NCBI GenBank assembly: GCA_963782595.1
Contig: CAWAKJ010000002.1
Span: forward strand, 451,274-515,273
DNA: 64,000 bases
Reading direction: 5' to 3'
Origin: Vicinamibacterales bacterium
GTDB lineage: Bacteria > Acidobacteriota > Vicinamibacteria > Vicinamibacterales > JAMQPK01
Made by a program: the position numbers and the translations under genes. This document shows, piece by piece, positions 31,603 through 40,137 of this stretch. The first letter of the stretch is position 1; the number at the start of each line of letters is the position of its first letter. Under the pieces are notes generated by a model. The model searched no databases and was not told the DNA's origin. It saw nothing but the letters and a program-made list of their open reading frames with translations.

Positions 31603-33785
31603 CGAGAAGCGCGTCGCAGGCGGCATGAGCGTGACCGACTTGACGTCGGCGGATTCGCTGACTCAGCAGCGCGACGTCTGGGACGCGATTCTTGCGTCGC
31701 CTGCGCACCGGCGACATGCCGCCGGCTGGCGCGCCGCGACCGGATGCCGCGCGGATGAGCGCGATGACGGCTTACATCGAGCGCGCGTTCGACCGCGCCG
31801 ATGCCTCGGCGAAACCCGATCCCGGACGGATGACGGCGCACCGGCTGAATCGCAACGAGTACACCAACACGATTCGCGATCTGCTTGGCGTCCACTTCCG
31901 CGCCGAGCAGAGATTTCCCCGCAGACGACTCCAGCGACGGCTTCGACAACATCGGCGATGTGCTCACCGTGTCGCCGCTGCTGATGGAGCGCTACCTGGC
32001 GGCCGCCGAGCGCATCGCGCGTTGGGCGATCTCTACCGAGATTCCGGCCAAGCCGCTCGAGATCGGCTATCTCGCCCGCGAGAACAGGATTCGCCGGCTC
32101 GATCGCAGCACCATCGAAGCCGAGCACCGCGTCGAGTTCGCCGGCGAGTACATCGTCCGCTTCGGCCTCCCCGGCGAGCGTCCGCCCATCGAGGGCCTCG
32201 ATGCGGCGCCGGTGACGCTCGGCTTCTGGATGGACGGCAAACTGCTCGCGACCCAGATCGGTCGAGACGAAGCCGTCGGGTCTCGTCTACTTCAATCCGT
32301 ACTCCGAAGAAGAATTCACGGTTGAACCTGCCCGAAGGCGATCACGTATTCCGCGCCGGGTTCATCGACGACGGGTTCGTGAGAATGCTGACCGAGCGCG
32401 ACGCATACAGGCGGCAGGTCAACAAGTTCCTCGAGTCGATCATCTTCATCGGTCCCTTTGAACCAGCGAAAGAGAAGGAGAGCCGGAAGAAGATCCTCAC
32501 CTGCAACCCGGACTCGGGCCGCGCGTGCGTCGAGAACGATCCTGACCAATCTGGCCCGGCGCGCCTACCGCCGGCCGCCGACGCGTCGCGAGATCGACGC
32601 GCTCGTCCGCTTCGTCGACACGGCCGCGGCGCGCGGTCAGTCTGCCGAGCAGGGCCTGCAGCTCGCCATCCAGGCGATGCTGGTCTCGCCCAACTTCCTG
32701 TTCCGCATCGAGCGCGATCCCGACCCGCGCGATCCCGCGCCGTGCACGAGGTGTCGCCGTTCGAGCTGGCCTCGCGGGTCAGCTACTTCCTGTGGAGCTC
32801 GATGCCCGACGACGAGCTGATGGCGCTCGCCGAGTCTGGCAGGCTGCGCGACCCGCGCGTGCTCGAGGCGCAGGTCGATCGGATGCTTGCCGACCCGCGC
32901 TCCGCGGCGTTTGCCGCGAACTTCGCCGGCCAGTGGCTCGAGACGCGCAACCTCGACGTCGTCAAGCCGGATCCGGACAAGTTCAAGGAGTGGAATCCCG
33001 AGCTGCGCGACGCGATGAAGACCGAGACGACGATGTTCTTCGAGCACGTGCTGCGCGAGAACCGTCCGGTGACCGATTTCCTGAACGCGAACTACACGTT
33101 CCTCAACGAGCGCCTCGCGACGCACTACGGCATCGGCGGTGTGACCGGTTCGGAGTTCCGCCGCGTCGATCTGACGACCGATCGCCGCGGCGGCGTGCTG
33201 AGCCAGGCGGGCGTGCTGACCGTTTCGAGCTATCCGACGCGCACATCCCGGTCATTCGCGGCAAGTACGTGCTGCAGAATATCCTCGGCATCCCACCCGC
33301 GCCGCCGCCGGCCGACGTGCCTGCACTCGAAGAGTCCGCCGGGGCAGAGGCGAAGTCGATGCGCGAGCAGCTCGAGGTGCACCGCCGCAATCCCGACCTG
33401 CGCGGCCTGCCATCGCAACATGGACCCGCTCGGCTTCGGCCTCGAGAACTACGACGCTATCGGCCGGTGGCGCGATGTGGACGGCGCAGTTCCCGGTCGA
33501 CGCGAGCGGCACGCTGCCGGACGGCCAGCGCTTCACCACGGCCGGGGAGATGCGGGCGCTCCTGGTCTCGCAATTGCCGCAGTTTTCGCGCACTTTGACG
33601 GAGAAGATGCTGACCTACGCGCTGCGACGCGGCCTCAAGCCGTACGACCGGCGGACGGTCGACAGCATTCATCGCGCCGTGGCAGCCGACGGGTACCGTT
33701 TCCGGACGACTGGTTCATCAGATCGTCAGAAGCTTGCCATTTCAAGCGCCGCAGGGGCGAAGATGTTGCTGGAGGGCCACGCTGA
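31465..33785 (+). pseudogene. DUF1592/DUF1595/DUF1587/DUF1588/DUF1585-type (planctomycete cytochrome-c-domain family) protein, broken by ~12 frame changes
   Basis: Family-like segments are spread over all three forward frames. They include VRPVLTQTCATCHNEKRVAGG, RLNRNEYTNTIRDLLG, VSPLLMERYLAAAERIA, RRAYRRPPTRREIDALVRF, FELASRVSYFLWSSMPDDEL, FAGQWLETRNLD, PVIRGKYVLQNILG and CAACHRNMDPLGFGLENYDAIGRWR. The candidate GTG start at 31465 precedes the hydrophobic APLALLGAIAATMMLGVPA. The terminal TGA is at 33783-33785. Confidence 0.75.
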
Positions 33786-35133
33786 TGTTCATCACACGCC
33801 GCACGCTTCCACGACGAACGTTCCTGCGCGGAATGGGGACTGCCGTCGCGCTGCCGTTTCTCGACGCGATGACGCCGGCGCTCGCCAAGCCGCAGGCCGG
33901 CAAAGCGCCCGTGCGCATGGCGTTCGTCTACGTGCCGAACGGGATGGACATGCGGCACTGGAACCTGAACTACGAGGGCAAGCTCGGCGAGCTGCCGCAG
34001 ACGCTGACAGCCGCTCGAGCCGCACAAGAACGACATCCTCCTGCTCGGCAACCTGACGCACAACACCGGGCGCGCGCTGCTCGACGGCGCCGGCGACCAC
34101 GGCCGCTGCTGCGGTTCGTATCTCACCGGCGTGCAGGTGAAGAAGACGGTCAGCGACATCAAGGCGAGCGTGTCGTGCGACCAGCTGGTGGCCAATCAGA
34201 TCGGCAAGCAGACGCGGTTTGCGTCGCTCGAAGTCGGGCTCGAAGACGCGCGTCAGGCCGGCGACTGCGACTCCGGCTATTCGTGCGCGTACACCAACAA
34301 CCTGGCGTGGCGCAGCGAGACGCAGCCGCTGCCGCCGATCCTCGATCCGCGCGCGCTGTTCGAGCGGCTGTTCGGCGACGGCGCGGAGCTCACGCCCGAG
34401 GCGCGCGCGCAGCGGCGGATCAACCGGCGCAGCATTCTCGACTTCGTCACGGACGATACGCGCGCGCTGCACGGCAACCTCGGTCCGACCGATCAGCGCA
34501 AGCTCGACGAGTATCTGAGCTCGATTCGCCAGATCGAAGAGCAGCTGAAGCGCGCCGAGCAGGAGAACGCGCAGGTCGATCCGGGCATGGAGAAGCCGTA
34601 CGGCATCCCCAGCGACTTCGCCGAGCACTTCAGGCTGATGACCGACATGATCACGGTCGCCTTCCAGGCCGACCTGACGCGCGTGGTCACGTTCCTCGTG
34701 ACGCGCGAGGGCACGTCACGCGCCTATCGCGAGATCGGCATTCCCGACGGCCATCATCCGCTCACGCACCACCGGAACATCGTGCGAGCAGATGGACAAG
34801 GTTGCGAAGATCAACCACTACCAGATGGAGCAGTTCGCGAAGTGGGTCGCGCAAGCTGAAGGCGGCGCAGGAAGGCAACGGCTCGCTGCTCGACAACTCG
34901 ATGATCGTGTACGGCGCCGGGCTCGCCGACGGCAACCAGCACACGCACCACGATCTGCCGACGCTCATCGCCGGTCAGGCGGCGGCAACTTCATCAAGAC
35001 CGGCCGCCGCGTCGTCTATCGGAAGGAAACGCCGATGTGCAATCTGTTCCTGACGATGATGGACCGGATGGGCACGCGGATGGATCACTTCGGCGACGCG
35101 ACCGGTCATCTGAACGGCCTGGATCTCACATAG
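33785..35133 (+). pseudogene. DUF1552-family protein (Tat-type signal), broken by ~4 frame changes
   Basis: MFITRRTLPRRTFLRGMGTAVALPFLDAM opens in the frame of 33734. The sequence continues as LEPHKNDILLLGNLTHNTGRALLDGAGDHGRCCGSYLTG...GIPDGHHPLTHHRN in the frame of 34131. It then reads EQMDKVAKINHYQMEQFAKWVA, LKAAQEGNGSLLDNSMIVYGAGLADGNQHTHHDLPTLIAG and GGGNFIKTGRRVVYRKETPMCNLFLTMMDRMG in two further switches. The ATG overlaps the DUF1592 stop (TGATG). Confidence 0.75.
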
Positions 35134-35147
35134 CCACGTAGTTTGTG

Positions 35148-35180
35148 TAGGGCGGGTCTTGCAGTTCAAGACCCGCCCTA
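35148..35180. terminator. Perfect 14-bp GGGCGGGTCTTG-family hairpin, inverted copy of the 26525 element
   Basis: TAGGGCGGGTCTTG (35148-35161), loop CAGTT, CAAGACCCGCCCTA (35167-35180). The loop is the reverse complement of the AACTG loop at 26536-26540. Confidence 0.6.
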
Positions 35181-35234
35181 CTTCCAACCCCAGACCTCCA
35201 CGCTCGTACGCGCCGCGACAACAGTGAGGACGCG

Positions 35235-37643
35235 ATGGCCACACAGACCGTCGAGTTTCAGTATCTTACCGGCCTGAACCGTCGGATCTTTCGCAACGCC
35301 CGGTTGCGCGGCAGTTGGAGTGCCAGCGGGCGCTACACCACCGATTGGACGGAGTCGCCGATGCAGGAGGGTCTCGGCGAAGACGGCTGCCCGGTGTTTA
35401 GCGCGTCGATTGCCCTCGACCTCGCCGACCAACACAGCACCTTCCGCTGGGGCGTCGTACTGGATGGCCCGCAGGGCAGCAACTTCTGGGGCATCCCAAC
35501 CGAGGTGCCAGACGTCGATTCCGTCGAACGGTACCGGGAGTTTCGACTTACGGGCGGTGCGACGCAGGTCGAACGCTACTACTTCACACACGGCCGCCGG
35601 CTTGGCGCGAACAAACATGTCGCGCCGGGCAACCCGGTTCCCGGCCTGCGGTTTTCTGTGTGGGCGCCAAACGCGCAAAGCGTCGACGTCGTCTTCGGCG
35701 ACCCCGCGCGTGGCTACATCGCCGACAACGGCACTGGGATCGATGTAGCCCAACCGGTGGTCTCGCTCGCGCGGACCACGGGTGGCATGTGGGAAGGTGG
35801 ACCGCAGGGCACCTTCGAGGCTTTCAAGAGTCTTCCCTACATGTATCGCATCGTGAATGCTCAGGGACAAACGGTGTACCGCACCGACATCTTCTCGCGC
35901 AGCCAGATCGGACGGGGTGCGACCAATCCGAATGCGAACGCGTGGCCGGGTACGGTCGAGACGCTGGACGGAACCGTCAGCTGCAGCGTGGTGATTGATC
36001 CCGATGTCGTGCGCCGGGGATTTGCGTCCACGCCGGCGAATGCCCAGCCCGACCTGATCCCGGCCGAGGAATTCTGGTCAACAGAGTTCACGTCGGGCCT
36101 GCCGGTCCCGATGCGGGTTGCCGATCTCGTCATTTACGAGCTGCACGTCGGCTCGCTCGGATTCGGCAAGGCCACGCCAGGCGACTTGAGCGATGCGATC
36201 GCGTTCCTCGACCACCTTGTCGATCTCGGCGTGAACGCCGTCGAGCTGCTGCCGATGGCCGAATTCTCCGGCAACATGAGCTGGGGCTACGGCGACACGC
36301 ATCACTTCTGCATCGAGTCGAGTGCAGGCGGGCGCGACAAGTACCGCCACTTCGTGCGCGAGTGTCACCGTCGCGGGATCGCCGTCATCCAGGACGTCGT
36401 GTACAACCACTACGATCCGAATGCTGACCGCGCCCAGTGGGAATACGACTCGACGGCGCCCGAGCAGAACATTTATTACTGGTACGAGGGGCGACGATCG
36501 GATTACGCATCGGCCAACGGCGGCTATCTGGACAACGAGTCTTCGGGATTCGCGCCGCGATTCTGGGAAGAAGTCGTCCGACAGCAATTCATCAGCAGCG
36601 CCGCGTTCCTGATAGAAGACATGCACGTCGACGGCCTTCGGGTCGATTTGACGCAGGCCATCCATCGCGACAACCGGCTTCACGCCAACGGCCGCACGAT
36701 CGGCAGCGCGAACGTGTTCGGGCAGAAACTGCTGCGCGAGTGGAGCCGGACACTGCACATGATCCGGCCGACGGCCATGCTCATCGCCGAAGACCATACG
36801 GGATGGGACGCGGTGACGAAACCGCCCGCGCAGGGAGGCCTTGGATTCGACGTGACCTGGGAGGTCGCTTTCTACCACAGCCTGGTCGGCGATTCGATCA
36901 TGGCAGGGGACCAGGCGCACCTGCTGAAGAGGGCAGGATTCGGGTCGAACGAGCCGCTCCGGATGGATTCGTTCTCGGGAGCCCTGTATGCCAGCCGCTT
37001 CAATCGCGTGGTCTTCCACGAATCCCACGACGAAGCCGGAAACGCCGGCGGCACGGCGCGGACGATCGTGGTGGCCGTCAACGATGCGCCGCTCTTCGCC
37101 GCCACGCGCACGTGGGCCGAGGCCCGATCGCGCGTCTGTTGCGGATTGTCGCTGCTCTCGGCAGGCACGCCGATGTTCTTCATGGGCGAAGAGATTGGCG
37201 CCGCCCGTCGGTACACGTACAACAATTTCATGGCGGCGCGCGAAGACATCATCAGCGAGCGGAATGGCAACGGGCGCGCGGTGTTCCGGTTCTACCAGGA
37301 TCTCATCACGCTCGTCCGCCGGCTTCGCTCGATTCGCACCCAGAACATCGACATCGTCCATCAGTCGAATGCGAACCGCGTCGTGGCATTCAAGCGGTGG
37401 ACCGGGGATGAGGAGGTGCTCGTGGCTGCCAGTTTGAATGACGCGGCGTTTGCAGACGGCTACCTTCTCGAAAAGGATGAGCTGGCGATCCCGAACGCCG
37501 GGTGGAAGGAGATCTTCAACAGCGACAGCGCGAGGTACGGCGGTCGAAACATCGGTAATTCGGGTGCGGTGGTTGGCTCGAATGGTGGTCGTCTGAATGT
37601 CGTGATTCCCTCTGCCGGCTTCGTCGTGTTCGCGAAGCAATAA
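35235..37643 (+). CDS. GH13 alpha-amylase-family enzyme, glucan branching/debranching-like with N-terminal E-set/CBM48-like region
   Basis: 802 aa with GH13 conserved regions: VIQDVVYNHY (I), GLRVDLTQAIH (II), LIAEDHTGW (III) and VFHESHDEAGN (IV). An N-terminal beta-sandwich-like segment precedes the barrel. Confidence 0.85.
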   Translation: MATQTVEFQYLTGLNRRIFRNARLRGSWSASGRYTTDWTESPMQEGLGEDGCPVFSASIALDLADQHSTFRWGVVLDGPQGSNFWGIPTEVPDVDSVERYREFRLTGGATQVERYYFTHGRRLGANKHVAPGNPVPGLRFSVWAPNAQSVDVVFGDPARGYIADNGTGIDVAQPVVSLARTTGGMWEGGPQGTFEAFKSLPYMYRIVNAQGQTVYRTDIFSRSQIGRGATNPNANAWPGTVETLDGTVSCSVVIDPDVVRRGFASTPANAQPDLIPAEEFWSTEFTSGLPVPMRVADLVIYELHVGSLGFGKATPGDLSDAIAFLDHLVDLGVNAVELLPMAEFSGNMSWGYGDTHHFCIESSAGGRDKYRHFVRECHRRGIAVIQDVVYNHYDPNADRAQWEYDSTAPEQNIYYWYEGRRSDYASANGGYLDNESSGFAPRFWEEVVRQQFISSAAFLIEDMHVDGLRVDLTQAIHRDNRLHANGRTIGSANVFGQKLLREWSRTLHMIRPTAMLIAEDHTGWDAVTKPPAQGGLGFDVTWEVAFYHSLVGDSIMAGDQAHLLKRAGFGSNEPLRMDSFSGALYASRFNRVVFHESHDEAGNAGGTARTIVVAVNDAPLFAATRTWAEARSRVCCGLSLLSAGTPMFFMGEEIGAARRYTYNNFMAAREDIISERNGNGRAVFRFYQDLITLVRRLRSIRTQNIDIVHQSNANRVVAFKRWTGDEEVLVAASLNDAAFADGYLLEKDELAIPNAGWKEIFNSDSARYGGRNIGNSGAVVGSNGGRLNVVIPSAGFVVFAKQ

Positions 37644-37662
37644 CGAGAATGCAAAGACGCTG

Positions 37663-38454
37663 ATGGAACCTTTGTCGAGGCGCGACTACAACAGGCAGTT
37701 ATGGGTTCAGGCCGCTGCCGGCCTGCGCTGGACAGCACACCTCACGTCGGTCGCTGTCGCGCTTGCCACCGGTGCGATTCGATACGTCATCAGCGGCAGA
37801 TCGTTCGAGTCGGAGTGGCCCTTGAACATCGCCTTACCAATCGCGACCTTCGGTGTCATCGAGCTTGCGATCTTCTGTTTCAGACGAATGTTCGCCGCGC
37901 CTCACGAGTTGTACGAACAACAACTCGAGAAGAACAGCGATCGGGAAGCCGAGATCGTCGCCCTTCGAAGGCAGTTACTGAAACTCCCGACGCCTCGGTT
38001 GGTGCTGACCTATGCCGTCGAGTCCTTGAAAGGCTTCGAAGATGAAGTGTCGAATCCCCAGATCCTCCTGCACAACGAGGGCGACACTGCGGCGGTCGAG
38101 GTACATATTGACGGACTGCAGCTGACTCCAGTGATCAAGGTCATATTCACGCCTCTGCAGCGCATCGGTGCTCAGGAAACGGCTGTGGTTGCACTAAGAG
38201 TCGAAATCAGGACCGACAGCGGCGGGTGGGAGCTCAACCACAACGACAAACACTTTGGCCTGGCCATTCAACGGGCCCACGTCGAACTGACACATCGCAA
38301 CGTCAAGACAGAACACGGTTCACGGCGCTGGCCGATGGCGCTTCGATACTACGACGCGGCTGGCGCGTCCTACATGCAGAACTACGATCTGATGCTGGAC
38401 GTGCCGACCATGAAGGCATGGACAGTGTTCGTTCCGCCTCCGGCGAAGCCATAG
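37663..38454 (+). CDS. Orphan hypothetical membrane protein (2 predicted TM helices, short coiled coil, beta-rich C-domain), lower GC
   Basis: 263-aa ORF starting 19 nt after the GH13 stop. TM-like segments are HLTSVAVALATGAIRYVI and LNIALPIATFGVIELAIFCF, followed by ELYEQQLEKNSDREAEIVALRRQLLKL. I recognised no family. Four 60-nt lines inside gave 57, 57, 62 and 50% G+C, against 70% in a line of the adjacent GH13 gene. Confidence 0.5.
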   Translation: MEPLSRRDYNRQLWVQAAAGLRWTAHLTSVAVALATGAIRYVISGRSFESEWPLNIALPIATFGVIELAIFCFRRMFAAPHELYEQQLEKNSDREAEIVALRRQLLKLPTPRLVLTYAVESLKGFEDEVSNPQILLHNEGDTAAVEVHIDGLQLTPVIKVIFTPLQRIGAQETAVVALRVEIRTDSGGWELNHNDKHFGLAIQRAHVELTHRNVKTEHGSRRWPMALRYYDAAGASYMQNYDLMLDVPTMKAWTVFVPPPAKP

Positions 38455-38489
38455 CTCTGGACACTCCGAGTGAGCAACGAGGTACCGCT

Positions 38490-39416
38490 ATGACACCACG
38501 ACTATTATGGTCAGAAACGCTGCTGCTTCTTTGCATGATCGGGTCGCAGAGTACGTTTGCCCAGCAGCCCTCGACGGCGCCGGATTCAGCGCCGCGCGGC
38601 GGCGGTGGAAGAGGAGGGCCGCCGGTCGTCGTTCCCGCCGGCAAGCCGACGGTTTTTCTCTGGCCCAAGGGGGCTCCAGGATCCGAGGCGCGCAAGGACG
38701 AAGCCGAGGTCGTCAAAGGCGAGACGATCGTTAACGTCCACAATCCATCGATTATCGTGTTTCTCCCGCGCAAGGAGATCAACACCGGTGTCGGGATGAT
38801 CGTGGCGCCGGGAGGCGGCCATTCGAGCTTGTGGATCATGCACGAGGGCTTCAACCCGGCGCAGGTGCTCGTTGAAAAAGGGATCGCGGCGTTCGTCCTC
38901 AAGAACCGGTTGCAGAGCTCGGGATACAAGTTCGACGTCGAAGGTCTCGCAGACATGCAGCGCGCCATTCGCGTGGTGCGGAGCCGCGCGGCTGAATGGG
39001 GAGTGGATCCAAACAAGATCGGCGCGGCCGGTTTCTCGGCAGGCGGAGAACTGGCAGAGCTCGTCGCGTTGCGCCACGATGCGGGCAACCCCGACGCCGC
39101 GGATCCCGTTGAGAAGTTCAGCTCGCGTCCGGATTTCCAGGTGCTGATCTATCCCGGCAAGAGCAACCTGATTCAGCCTGTCGAGGGTTCTCCTCCGGCG
39201 TTCATGGCCGCCGGCTACGACGATCGTCCGGACATTTCAATCGGCCTTGCGGAGGCGTACCTTCGGTTCAAGAAGGTGGGTGTTCCCGCCGAGCTGCACA
39301 TGTACGCAAAAACCGGTCACGGGTTCGGCATTCGCCCGGAACGTGGCTGGCAATCCCATCAGGAGTGGCCTGCTCAGCTCGTGTCATTTCTGAAGCAGAA
39401 CGGGATTATCAAGTGA
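38490..39416 (+). CDS. Secreted alpha/beta-hydrolase (esterase/lipase-type)
   Basis: 308 aa from ATG 38490 (MTPRLLWSETLLLLCMIGSQSTFAQQ signal). The nucleophile elbow is GFSAGGELA. The supplied start at 38226 is an artefactual extension overlapping the previous gene. Confidence 0.75.
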   Translation: MTPRLLWSETLLLLCMIGSQSTFAQQPSTAPDSAPRGGGGRGGPPVVVPAGKPTVFLWPKGAPGSEARKDEAEVVKGETIVNVHNPSIIVFLPRKEINTGVGMIVAPGGGHSSLWIMHEGFNPAQVLVEKGIAAFVLKNRLQSSGYKFDVEGLADMQRAIRVVRSRAAEWGVDPNKIGAAGFSAGGELAELVALRHDAGNPDAADPVEKFSSRPDFQVLIYPGKSNLIQPVEGSPPAFMAAGYDDRPDISIGLAEAYLRFKKVGVPAELHMYAKTGHGFGIRPERGWQSHQEWPAQLVSFLKQNGIIK

Positions 39417-39498
39417 GGACATGCGCGCTTAGATCTGGCCGTAAATACCTGATTTAAAGCCTGTTGTAGTGTCGACATCCGTGCCGTCTGAAAGGGTC

Positions 39499-39526
39499 TT
39501 GACATTCGTCTAAATGTGAGTAATCA
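39499..39526 (+). promoter_or_regulatory. Sigma70-like promoter candidate for the TetR/LplT-Aas operon
   Basis: TTGACA at 39499-39504, a 16-nt spacer, then TAATCA at 39521-39526. The -10 element lies inside the palindromic operator candidate. Confidence 0.35.
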
Positions 39527-39535
39527 TTTACTCAC
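39516..39535. promoter_or_regulatory. Perfect 8-bp inverted repeat GTGAGTAA-TCAT-TTACTCAC (candidate TetR operator)
   Basis: Left arm 39516-39523, right arm 39528-39535. It sits 14 nt upstream of the preferred TetR start and overlaps the -10 candidate. Confidence 0.5.
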
Positions 39536-39548
39536 TAACGGAAACCAC

Positions 39549-40124
39549 ATGCCACGCCATCCAAACACCGATACGAGACAACGAATCGAAGCCGCGGCCA
39601 TGCAGCTCTTCGTCGACAAGGGCGTTGCCGAGACAACCGTCCGCGACATCGCGCACGCGGTCGGCCTGTCGGAAGGCGCGCTCTACCGCCACTTCACCGG
39701 CAAAGAGCAGCTGGTCTGGCAACTGTTCGAACGGAACTACACGGAATTCGCCGCACGACTGGAAACCCTGGCGGGTGCCGAGTCAACCGCGCGCGGAAAG
39801 GTCGCGGCGATGATCCGCGGCTTCTGCGAGGCGCACGACGAGAACCCGATTCTGTTTCGATTTCTGGTGTTCACACAGCACGGACAGCTCGGACGGTTGG
39901 CCGACACGACGCCGACGCCCGTGTCGGTGATGCGTGCAGTCGTCGAGAGCGGGATCGCGTCCGGGGAAATTCCGGCTCAGGACGCCGACCTCGCAACCGC
40001 GTTGGTGTTCGGAGTCGTGCTCGAGCCCGTGCAGTTCGCCGCCTACGGGCGGCTGGCGCCAGACATGAGTGTGTTGTGCGATCGGCTGATCGTGGCCGCG
40101 TGGGCCGCCATTTCGGCAGTTTGA
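39549..40124 (+). CDS. TetR/AcrR-family transcriptional regulator
   Basis: TRQRIEAAAMQLFVDKGVAETTVRDIAHAVGLSEGALYRHFTGKEQL is a TetR HTH. The ATG at 39549 is preferred because the supplied GTG at 39516 is the first base of the operator palindrome. Confidence 0.8.
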   Translation: MPRHPNTDTRQRIEAAAMQLFVDKGVAETTVRDIAHAVGLSEGALYRHFTGKEQLVWQLFERNYTEFAARLETLAGAESTARGKVAAMIRGFCEAHDENPILFRFLVFTQHGQLGRLADTTPTPVSVMRAVVESGIASGEIPAQDADLATALVFGVVLEPVQFAAYGRLAPDMSVLCDRLIVAAWAAISAV

Positions 40125-40137
40125 AGGGGAGGCAGGT

